DNA of 64,000 bases, taken from the human T2T-CHM13v2.0 reference genome, Homo sapiens. The DNA is taken from assembly GCF_009914755.1 (NCBI RefSeq), contig NC_060927.1; one strand, 5' to 3'. The position numbers were made by a program, and so were the translations under genes. Of this stretch, positions 1 through 14,000 are shown piece after piece. The notes beneath the pieces are model-generated. The model had not been told where the DNA came from. It ran no database searches and saw nothing but the letters and a program-made list of their open reading frames with translations. The first letter of the stretch is position 1; each line of letters opens with the position of its first letter.

Positions 1-2900
1 CACAAACTATATATTATATACTGTACATAAAATATCAATGTACCCAAGGTATATATTCTATACTGCACAAAAAATATCAAAGTACCCAAAGCATGTATTA
101 TATACTGTATATAAAATATGAAAGTACATCAAATATATATTTTATTCTGTACATAAAATATCAAAGTACACCAGATATATATTCTATAGTGTACATAAAA
201 TATCAAAGTACCCAAACTATACATTATATACTGTACATAAAATATGAAATTACATCAAATATATATTATATTAGGTACATAAAATACGAAAGTACATCAA
301 ATATAGATTATATACTGTACATAAAATATCAAAGTACCCCAATATATATTATATACTGTACATGAAATATCAAAGTTCACAAACTATATATTATGTACTG
401 TACATAAAATATCAAAGTACCCAAGGTATATATTCTATACTGTACAAAAAATATCAAAGTACCCAAAGCATGTATTATATAATGTACATAAAATATGAAA
501 GTACATCAAATATATATTTTATTCTGTACATAAAATATCAAAGAACACCAGATATATATTCTATAGTGTACATAAAATATCAAAGTACCCAAACTATACA
601 TTATATTCTGTACATAAAATATGAAATTACATCATATATATATTAGGTACATAAAATATGAAAGTACATCAAATATATATTTTATTCTGTACATAAAATA
701 TCAAAGTACACCAGATATATATTCTATAGTGTACATAAAATAACAAAGTACACAAACTATAAATTATATACTGTACATAAAATATGAAATTACATCAAAT
801 ATATATTAGGTACATAAAATATGAAAGTACATCAAATATAGATTATATACTGTACATATAATATCAATGTACCCGAAATATATATTTTATACTCTACATG
901 AAATATCAAAGTTCACAAACCATATATTGTATACTGCACATAAAATATCAAAATACCCAAGGTATATACTCTATACTGTACAAAAAATATCAAAGTACCC
1001 AAAGCATGTATTATATACTGTACATAAAATATGAAAGTACATCAAATATATATTTTATTCTGTATATAAAATATCAAAGTACACCACATATATATTCTAT
1101 AGTGTACATAAAATATCAAAGTACCCAAACTATATATTATATACAGTACATAAAATATGAAATTACATCAAATATGTATTATATTAGGTACATAAAATAT
1201 GAAAGTACATCAAATATAGATTATATACCGTACATAAAATATCAAAGTACCCCAAATATATATTATATACTATACATGAAATATCAAATATCACAAACTA
1301 TATATTATATACTGTACATAAAATATCAAAGTACCCAATGTATATATTCTATAGTGTACAAAAAATATCAAAGTACCCAAAGCATGTACTATATACTGTA
1401 CATAAAATATAAAAGTACATCAAATATATATTTTATTCTGTACATAAAATATGAAAGTACACCAGATATATATTCTATAGTGTACATAAAATATCAAAGT
1501 ACCCAAACTATACATTATATACTGTACATAAAATATGAAATTACATCAAATATATATTATATTAGGTACTTAAAATATGAAAGTACATCAAATATAGATT
1601 ATATACTGTACATAAAATATCAAAGTACCACAAATATATATTATATACTGTACATGAAATATCAAAGTTCACAACTATATATTATATACTGTACATAAAA
1701 TATCAAAGTCCCCAAGGTATATATTCTATACTGTACAAAAAATATCAAAGTACACAAAGCATGTATTATATACTGTACATAAAATATGAAATTACATCAA
1801 ATATATATTATATTAGGTACATAAAATATGAAAGTACATCAAATATAGATTATATACTGTACATAAAATATCAAAGTACCCGAAATATATATTATATACT
1901 GTACATGTAATATCAAAGTTCACAACTATATATTACATACTGTACATAAAATATCAAAGTACCCGAGGTATATATTCTATACTGTACAAAAAATATCAAA
2001 GTACCCAAAGCATGTATTATATACTGTACATAAAATATGAAAGTACATCAAATATATATTTTATTCTGTACATAAAATATCAAAGTACACCAGATATATA
2101 TTCTATAGTGTATATAAAATATCAAAGTACCCAAACTATACATTATATACTGTACATAAAATATGAAATTACATCAAATATATATTATATTAGGTACATA
2201 AAATATGAAAGTACATGAAGTATAGATTATATACTGTACATAAAATATCAAAGTACCCCAAATTTATATTATATACTATACATGAAATATCAAAGTTCAC
2301 AAACTATATATTATATACTGTACATAAAATATCAAAGTACCCAAGGTATATATTCTATAGTGTACAAAAAATATCAAAGTACCCAAAGCATGTATTATAT
2401 ACCGTACATAAAATATAAAATTACATCAAATATATATTTTATTCTGTACATAAAATATCAAAGTACACCAGATATATATTCTATAGAGTACATAAAATAT
2501 CAAAGTACCCAAACTATACATTACATACTGTACATAAAATATGAAATTACATCAAATATATATTATAATAGGTACATAAAATATGAAAGTACATCAAATA
2601 TAGATTATATACTGTACATTAAATACGAAAGTACCCCAAATATATATTTTATAGTGTACATGAAATATCAAAGTACCCAAGGTATATATTCTATACTGTA
2701 CAAAAAATATCAAAGTACCCAAAGCATGTATTACAAACTGTACATAAAATATGAAAGTCTATCAAATATATATTTTATTCTGTACATAAAATATCAAAGT
2801 ACACCAGATATATATTCTATAGTGAACATAAAATATCAAAGTACCCAAACTATACATTATATACTGTACATAAAATATGAAATTACATCAAATATATATT
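1..2900 (+). repeat. Block duplicated at about 11288-14190 (offset 11287 bp)
   Basis: ORF starts 362/898/2012/2215/2282 recur at 11649/12185/13299/13502/13569 (all +11287). Shared rare variants: acaccacata (1081/12368), atacagtaca (1141/12428), gtaccacaaat (~1625/~12912). Confidence 0.9.
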
Positions 2901-4875
2901 ATATTAGGTAAATAAAATATGAAAGTACATCAAATATAGATTATATACTGTACATTAAGTACCAAAGTACCCCAAATATATATTTTATACTGTACATGAT
3001 ATATCAAAGTTCACAAACTATATATTATATACTGTACATAAAATATGAAAGTACCCAAGGTATATACTCTATACTGTACAAAAAATATCAAAGTACCCAC
3101 AGCATGTATTATATACTGTACATAAAGTAAGAAAGTACATCAAATATATATTTTATTCTGTACATAAAATATCAAGGTACACCAGATATATATTCTATAG
3201 TGTACATAAAATATCAAAGTACCCAAACTATAAATTATATACTGTACATAAAATATGAAATTACATCAAATATATATTATATTAGGTACATAAAATATGA
3301 AAGTACATCAAATATAGATTATATACTCTACATTAAATACCAAAGTACCCCAAATATATGTTTTATAGTGTACATGAAATATCAAAGTTCACAAAGTATA
3401 TATTATATACTGTACATAAAATATCAAAGTACCCAAGGTATATATTCTATACTGTACAAAAGATATCAAAGTACCCAAAGCATGTATTATATACTGTACA
3501 TAAAATATGAAAGTACATCATATATATATTTTATTCTGTACATAAAATATTAAAGTACACCAGATATATATTCTATAGTGTACATAAAATATCAAAGTAC
3601 CCAAACTATACATTATATACTGTACATAAAATATGAAATTACATCAAATATATATTAAGTACATAAAATATGAAAGTACATCAAATATAGATTATATACT
3701 GTACATAAAATATCAATGTACACCAAATATATATTATATACTCTACATGAAATATCAAAGTTCACAAACTATATATTATATACTGTCCATAAAATATCAA
3801 AGTACCCAAGGTATATATTCTATACTGTACAAAAAATATCAAAGTAAACAAAGCATGTATTATATACTGTACCTAAAATATGAAAGTACATCAAATATAT
3901 ATTTTATTCTGTACATAAAATATCAAAGTACACCAGATATATATTCTATAGTGTATATAAAATATCAACGTACCCAAACTATACATTATATACTGTACAT
4001 AAAATATGAAATTACATCAAATATATATTATATTAGGTACATAAAATATGAAAGTACATGAAGTATAGATTATATACTGTACATAAAATATCAAAGTACC
4101 CCAAATTTATATTATATACTATACATGAAATATCAAAGTTCACAAACTATATATTATATACTGTACATAAAATATCAAAGTACCCAAGGTATATATTCTA
4201 TAGTGTACAAAAAATATCAAAGTACGCAAAGCATGTATTATATTCCGTACATAAAATATAAAATTACATCAAATATATATTTTATTCTGTACATAAAATA
4301 TCAAAGTACACCAGATATATATACTATAGTGTACATAAAATATCAAAGTACCCAAACTATACATTATACACTGCACATAAAATATGAAATTACATCAAAT
4401 ATATATTAGGTACATAAAATATGAAAGTACATCAAATATAGATTATATACTGTAAATATAATATCAATGTACCCCAAATATATATTTTATACTCTACATG
4501 AAATATCAAAGTTCACAAACCATATATTATATACTGTACATAAAATATCAAAGTACCCAAGGTATATATTCTATACTGAACAAAAAATATCAAAGTACCC
4601 AAAGCATGTATTATATACTGTACATAAAATATGAAAGTACATCAAATATATATTTTATTCTGTACATAAAATATCAAAGTACACCAGATATATATTCTAT
4701 AGTGTACATAAAATATCAAAGTACCCAAACTATACATTATATACTGTACATAAAATATGAAATTACATCAAATATATATTATATTAGGTACATGAAATAT
4801 GAAAGTACATCAAATATAGATTATATACTGTACATAAAATATGAAAGTACCCCAAATATATATTATATACTCTAC

Positions 4876-5253
4876 ATGAAATATCAAAGTTCACAAACTA
4901 TATATTATATACTGTACATAAAATATCAAAGTACCCAAGGTATATATTCTATACTGTACAAAAAATATCAAAGTATCCAAAGCATGTATTATATACTGTA
5001 TATAAAATATGAAAGTACATCAAATATATATTTTATTCTGTACATAAAATATCAAAGTACACCAGATATATATTCTATAGTGTACATAAAATATCAAAGT
5101 ACCCAAACTATACATTATATACTGTACATAAAATATGAAATTACAGCAAATATATATTATATTAGGTACATAAAATATGAAAGTACATCAAATATAGATT
5201 ATATACTGTACATTAAATACCAAAGTACCCCAAATATATATTTTATACTGTAC
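4876..5253 (+). repeat. Representative 378-bp 9-mer higher-order repeat unit (repeated, with variants, across the whole window)
   Basis: Nine distinguishable monomers in fixed order, tagged by gttcacaaac / cccaaggt / cccaaagcatg / catcaaatatatattttattc / caccagat / cccaaactatacat / gaaattacatc..ttagg / catcaaatatagat / ccccaaat. The ORF translations repeat every 126 aa, and ORF starts 31935->32313, 34895->35273 and 57823->58201 are 378 bp apart. A 378-bp 9-mer is the known HSat1A periodicity. Confidence 0.95.
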
Positions 5254-8200
5254 ATGAAATATCAAAGTTCACAAACTATATATTATATACTGTACATAAA
5301 ATATCAATGTACCCAAGGTATATATTCTATACTGCACAAAAAATATCAAAGTACCCAAAGCATGTATTATATACTGTATATAAAATATGAAAGTACATCA
5401 AATATATATTTTATTCTGTACATAAAATATCAAAGTACACCAGATATATATTCTATAGTGTACATAAAATAACAAAGTACACAAACTATAAATTATATCC
5501 TGTACATAAAATATGAAATTACATCAAATATATATTAGGTACATAAAATATGAAAGTACATCAAATATAGATTATATACTGTACATTAAGTACCAAAGTA
5601 CACCAAATATATATTTTATACTCTACATGAAATATCAAAGTTCACAAACCATATATTATATACTGTGCATAAAATATCAAAGTACCCAAGGTATATATTC
5701 TATACTGTACAAAAAATATCAAAGTACCCAAAGCATGTATTATATACTATACATAAAATATGAAATTACATCAAATATATATTTTATTCTGTACATAAAA
5801 TATCAAAGTACACCAGATATATATTCTATAGTGTACATAAAATATCAAAGTACCCAAACTATACATTATATACTGTACATAAAATGTGAAATTACATCAA
5901 ATATATATTATATTAGGTACATAAAATATGAAAGTACATCAAATATAGATTATATACTGTACATTAAATACCAATATACCCCAAATATATATTTTATACT
6001 GTACATGAAATATCAAAGTTCACACACTATATATTATATACTGTACATAAAATATCAAAGTACCCAAGGTATATATTCTATACTGTACAAAAAACATCAA
6101 AGTACCCAAAGCATGTATTATATACTGTACATAAAATATGAAAGTACATCAAATATATATTTTATTCTGTACATAAAATATCAAAGTACACCAGATATAT
6201 ATTCTATAGTGTACATAAAATATCAAAGTACCCAAACTATACATTATATACTGTACATAAAATATGAAATTACATCAAATATATATTATATTAGGTACAT
6301 AAAATAAGAAAGTACATCAAATATAGATTATATACTGTACATAAAATATCAAAGTACCCCAAATATATATTATATACTCTACATGAAATATCAAAGTTCA
6401 CAAACTATATATTATATACTGTTCATAAAATATCAAAGTACCCAAGGTATATATTCTATACTGTACAAAAAATATCAAAGTATCCAAAGCATGTTTTATA
6501 TACTGTATATAAAATATGAAAGTACATTAAAGATATATTTTATTCTGTACATAAAATATCAAAATACACCAGATATATATTCTATAGTGTACATAAAATA
6601 ACAAAGTACACAAATTATAAATTATATACTGTACATAAAATATGAAATTACATCAAATATATATTAGGTACATAAAATATGAAAGTACATCAAATATAGA
6701 TTATATACTGTACATATAATATCAATGTACCCCAAATATATATTTTATACTCTACATGAAATATCAAAGTTCACAAACCATACATTATATACTGTACATA
6801 AAATATCAAAGTACCCAAGTTATATATTCTATACTGTACAAAAGATATCAAAGTACCCAAAGCATGTATTATATACTGTATATAAAATATGAAAGTACAT
6901 CAAATATATATTATATACTGTACATAAAATATCAAAGTACACCAGATATATATTTTATAGTGTACATAAAATATCAAAGTACCCAAACTATACATTATAT
7001 ACTGTACATAAAATATGAGATTACATCAAATATATATTATATTAGGTACATAAAATATGAAAGTACATCAGATATAGATTATATACTGTACATAAAATAT
7101 CAAAGTACCCCAAATATATATTATATACTCTACATGAAATATCAAAGTTCACAAACTATATATTATATACTGTACATAAAATATCAATGTACCCAAGGTA
7201 TATATTCTATACTGCACAAAAAATATCAAAGTACCCAAAGCATGTATTATATACTGTATATAAAATATGAAAGTACATCAAATATATATTTTATTCTGTA
7301 CATAAAATATCAAAGTACACCAGATATATATTCTATAGTGTACATAAAATAACAAAGTACACAAACTATAAATTATATACTGTACATAAAATATGAAATT
7401 ACATCAAATATATATTAGGTACATAAAATATGAAAGTACATCAAATATAGATTATATACTGTACATATAATATCAATGTACCCCAAATATATATTTTATA
7501 CTCTACATGAAATATCAAAGTTCACAAACCATACATTATATACTTTCCATAAAATATCAAAGTACCCATGGCATATATTCTATACTGTACAAAAGATATC
7601 AAAGTACCCAAGGCATGTATTATATACTGTACATAAAATATGAAAGTACATCAAATATATATTTTATTCTGTACATAAAATATCAAAGTACACCAGATAT
7701 ATATTCTATAGTGTACATAAAATATCAAAGTACCCAAACTATACATTATATACTGTACATAAAATGTGAAATTACATCAAATATATATTATATTAGGTAC
7801 ATAAAATATGAAAGTACATCAAATATAGATTATATACTGTACATTAAATACCAATATACCCCAAATATATATTTTATACTGTACATGAAATATCAAAGTT
7901 CACACACTATATATTATATACTGTACATAAAATATCAAAGTACCCAAGGTATATATTCTATACTGTACAAAAAACATCAAAGTACCCAAAGCATGTATTA
8001 TATACTGTACATAAAATATGAAAGTACATCAAATATATATTTTATTCTGTACATAAAATATCAAAGTACACCAGATATATATTCTATAGTGTACATAAAA
8101 TATCAAAGTACCCAAACTATACATTATATACTGTACATAAAATATGAAATTACATCAAATATATATTATATTAGGTACATAAAATAAGAAAGTACATCAA

Positions 8201-11000
8201 ATATAGATTATATACTGTACATAAAATATCAAAGTACCCCAAATATATATTATATACTCTACAAGAAATATCAAAGTTCACAAACTATATATTATATACT
8301 GTACATAAAATATCAAAGTACCCAAGGTATATATTCTATGCTGTACAAAAAATATCAAAGTATCCAAAGCATGTTTTATATACTGTATATAAAATATGAA
8401 AGTACATTAAAGATATATTTTATTCTGTACATAAAATATCAAAATACACCAGATATATATTCTACAGTGTACATAAAATAACAAAGTACACAAATTATAA
8501 ATTATATACTGTACATAAAATATGAAATTACATCAAATATATATTAGGTACATAAAATATGAAAGTACATCAAATATAGATTATATACTGTACATATAAT
8601 ATCAATGTACCCCAAATATATATTTTATACTCTACATGAAATATCAAAGTTCACAAACCATACATTATATACTGTACATAAAATATCAAAGTACCCAAGT
8701 TATATATTCTATACTGTACAAAAGATATCAAAGTACCCAAAGCATGTATTATATACTGTATATAAAATATGAAAGTACATCAAATATATATTATATACTG
8801 TACATAAAATATCAAAGTACACCAGATATATATTTTATAGTGTACATAAAATATCAAAGTACCCAAACTATACATTATATACTGTACATAAAATATGAGA
8901 TTACATCAAATATATATTATATTAGGTACATAAAATATGAAAGTACATCAGATATAGATTATATACTGTACATAAAATATCAAAGTACCCCAAATATATA
9001 TTATATACTCTACATGAAATATCAAAGTTCACAAACTATATATTATATACTGTACATAAAATATCAAAGTACCCAAGGTATATATTCTATACTGTACAAA
9101 AAATATCAAAATACCCAAAGCATGTATTATATACTGTATATAAAATATGAAAATACATTAAATATATATTTTATTCTGTACATAAAATATCAAAGTACAC
9201 CAGATATATATTCTATAGTGTACATAAAATAACAAAGTACACAAACTATACATTATATACTGTACATAAAATATGAAATTACATCAAATATATATTAGGT
9301 ACATAAAATATGAAAGTACATCAAATATAGATTATATACTGTACATATAATATCAATGTACCCCAAATATATATTTTATACTCTACATGAAATATCAAAG
9401 TTCACAAACCATACATTATATACTTTCCATAAAATATCAAAGTACCCATGGCATATATTCTATACTGTACAAAAGATATCAAAGTACCCAAAGCATGTAT
9501 TATATACTGTACATAAAATATGAAAGTACATCAAATATATATTTTATTCTGTACATAAAATATCAAAGTACACCAGATATATATTCTATAGTGTACATAA
9601 AATATCAAAGTACCCAAACTATATATTATATACTGTACATAAAATATGAAATTACATCAAATATGTATTATATTAGGTACATAAAATATGAAAGTACATC
9701 AAATATAGATTATATACCGTACATAAAATATCAAAGTACCCCAAATATATATTATATACTATACATGAAATATCAAATATCACAAACTATATATTATATA
9801 CTGTACATAAAATATCAAAGTACCCAATGTATATATTCTATAGTGTACAAAAAATATCAAAGTACCCAAAGCATGTATTATATACTGTACATAAAATATA
9901 AAAGTACATCAAATATATATTTTATTCTGTACATAAAATATGAAAGTACACCAGATATATATTCTATAGTGTACATAAAATATCAAAGTACCCAAACTAT
10001 ACATTATATACTGTACATAAAATATGAAATTACATCAAATATATATTATATTAGGTACTTAAAATATGAAAGTACATCAAATATAGATTATATACTGTAC
10101 ATAAAATATCAAAGTACCCCAAATATATATTATATACTCTACATGAAATATCAAAGTTCACAAACTATATATTATATACTGTACATAAAATATCAAAGTA
10201 CCCAAGGTATATATTCTATACTGTACAAAAAATATCAAAGTATCCAAAGCATGTTTTATATACTGTATATAAAATATGAAAGTACATTAAAGATATATTT
10301 TATTGTGTACATAAAATATCAAAATACACCAGATATATATTCTATAGTGTACATAAAATAACAAAGTACAGAAACTATAAATTATATACTGTACATAAAA
10401 TATGAAATTACATCAAATATATATTAGGTACATAAAATATGAAAGTACATCAAATATAGATTATATACTGTACATATAATATCAATGTACCCCAAATATA
10501 TATTTTATACTCTACATGAAATATCAAAGTTCACAAACCATACATTATATACTGTACATAAAATATCAAAGTACCCAAGTTATATATTCTATACTGTACA
10601 AAAGATATCAAAGTACCCAAAGCATGTATTATATACTGTATATAAAATATGAAAGTACATCAAATATATATTATATACTGTACATAAAATATCAAAGTAC
10701 ACCAGATATATATTTTATAGTGTACATAAAATATCAAAGTACCCAAACTATACATTATATACTGTACATAAAATATGAGATTACATCAAATATATATTAT
10801 ATTAGGTACATAAAATATGAAAGTACATCAGATATAGATTATATACTGTACATAAAATATCAAAGTACCCCAAATATATATTATATACTCTACATGAAAT
10901 ATCAAAGTTCACAAACTATATATTATATACTGTACATAAAATATCAAAGTACCCAAGGTATATATTCTATACTGTACAAAAAATATCAAAATACCCAAAG
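5254..11000 (+). repeat. Imperfect (mosaic) tandem repeat with 1880-bp period (5 HORs: 3x378 + 2x373), about 3 copies
   Basis: ORF starts 6756/8636/10516 and 7507/9387 are 1880 apart. Markers aaaatgtgaa (5881/7761), aaaataagaa (6301/8181) and catgttttata (6490/8370/10250) follow the same spacing. Confidence 0.85.
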
Positions 11001-14000
11001 CATGTATTATATACTGTATATAAAATATGAAAGTACATCAAATATATATTTTATTCTGTACATAAAATATCAAAGTACACCAGATATATATTCTATAGTG
11101 TACATAAAATATCAAAGTACCCAAACTATACATTATATACTGTACATAAAATATGAAATTACAGCAAATATATATTATATTAGGTACATAAAATATGAAA
11201 GTACATCAAATATAGGTTATATACTGTACATTAAATACCAAAGTACCCCAAATATATATTTTATACTGTACATGAAATATCAAAGTTCACAAACTATATA
11301 TTATATACTGTACATAAAATATCAATGTACCCAAGGTATATATTCTATACTGCACAAAAAATATCAAAGTACCCAAAGCATGTATTATATACTGTATATA
11401 AAATATGAAAGTACATCAAATATATATTTTATTCTGTACATAAAATATCAAAGTACACCAGATATATACTCTATAGTGTACATAAAATATCAAAGTACAC
11501 AAACTATACATTATATACTGTACATAAAATATGAAATTACGTCAAATATATATTATATTAGGTACATAAAATACGAAAGTACATCAAATATAGATTATAT
11601 ACTGTACATAAAATATCAAAGTACCCCAATATATATTATATACTGTACATGAAATATCAAAGTTCACAAACTATATATTATGTACTGTACATAAAATATC
11701 AAAGTACCCAAGGTATATATTCTATACTGTACAAAAAATATCAAAGTACCCAAAGCATGTATTATATAATGTACATAAAATATGAAAGTACATCAAATAT
11801 CTATTTTATTCTGTACATAAAATATCAAAGAACACCAGATATATATTCTATAGTGTACATAAAATATCAAAGTACCCAAACTATACATTATATACTGTAC
11901 ATAAAATATGAAATTACATCATATATATATTAGGTACATAAAATATGAAAGTACATCAAATATATATTTTATTCTGTACATAAAATATCAAAGTACACCA
12001 GATATATATTCTATAGTGTACATAAAATAACAAAGTACACAAACTATAAATTATATACTGTACATAAAATATGAAATTACATCAAATATATATTAGGTAC
12101 ATAAAATATGAAAGTACATCAAATATAGATTATATACTGTACATATAATATCAATGTACCCGAAATATATATTTTATACTCTACATGAAATATCAAAGTT
12201 CACAAACCATATATTGTATACTGCACATAAAATATCAAAATACCCAAGGTATATATTCTATACTGTACAAAAAATATCAAAGTACCCAAAGCATGTATTA
12301 TATACTGTACATAAAATATGAAAGTACATCAAATATATATTTTATTCTGTACATAAAATATCAAAGTACACCACATATATATTCTATAGTGTACATAAAA
12401 TATCAAAGTACCCAAACTATATATTATATACAGTACATAAAATATGAAATTACATCAAATATGTATTATATTAGGTACATAAAATATGAAAGTACATCAA
12501 ATATAGATTATATACCGTACATAAAATATCAAAGTACCCCAAATATATATTATATACTATACATGAAATATCAAATATCACAAACTATATATTATATACT
12601 GTACATAAAATATCAAAGTACCCAATGTATATATTCTATAGTGTACAAAAAATATCAAAGTACCCAAAGCATGTATTATATACTGTACATAAAATATAAA
12701 AGTACATCAAATATATATTTTATTCTGTACATAAAATATGAAAGTACACCAGATATATATTCTATAGTGTACATAAAATATCAAAGTACCCAAACTATAC
12801 ATTATATACTGTACATAAAATATGAAATTACATCAAATATATATTATATTAGGTACTTAAAATATGAAAGTACATCAAATATAGATTATATACTGTACAT
12901 AAAATATCAAAGTACCACAAATATATATTATATACTGTACATGAAATATCAAAGTTCACAACTATATATTATATACTGTACATAAAATATCAAAGTCCCC
13001 AAGGTATATATTCTATACTGTACAAAAAATATCAAAGTACACAAAGCATGTATTATATACTGTACATAAAATATGAAATTACATCAAATATATATTATAT
13101 TAGGTACATAAAATATGAAAGTACATCAAATATAGATTATATACTGTACATAAAATATCAAAGTACCCCAAATATATATTATATACTGTACATGTAATAT
13201 CAAAGTTCACAACTATATATTACATACTGTACATAAAATATCAAAGTACCCAAGGTATATATTCTATACTGTACAAAAAATATCAAAGTACCCAAAGCAT
13301 GTATTATATACTGTACATAAAATATGAAAGTACATCAAATATATATTTTATTCTGTACATAAAATATCAAAGTACACCAGATATATATTCTATAGTGTAT
13401 ATAAAATATCAAAGTACCCAAACTATACATTATATACTGTACATAAAATATGAAATTACATCAAATATATATTATATTAGGTACATAAAATATGAAAGTA
13501 CATGAAGTATAGATTATATACTGTACATAAAATATCAAAGTACCCCAAATTTATATTATATACTATACATGAAATATCAAAGTTCACAAACTATATATTA
13601 TATACTGTACATAAAATATCAAAGTACCCAAGGTATATATTCTATAGTGTACAAAAAATATCAAAGTACCCAAAGCATGTATTATATACCGTACATAAAA
13701 TATAAAATTACATCAAATATATATTTTATTCTGTACATAAAATATCAAAGTACACCAGATATATATTCTATAGAGTACATAAAATATCAAAGTACCCAAA
13801 CTATACATTACATACTGTACATAAAATATGAAATTACATCAAATATATATTATAATAGGTACATAAAATATGAAAGTACATCAAATATAGATTATATACT
13901 GTACATTAAATACGAAAGTACCCCAAATATATATTTTATAGTGTACATGAAATATCAAAGTACCCAAGGTATATATTCTATACTGTACAAAAAATATCAA

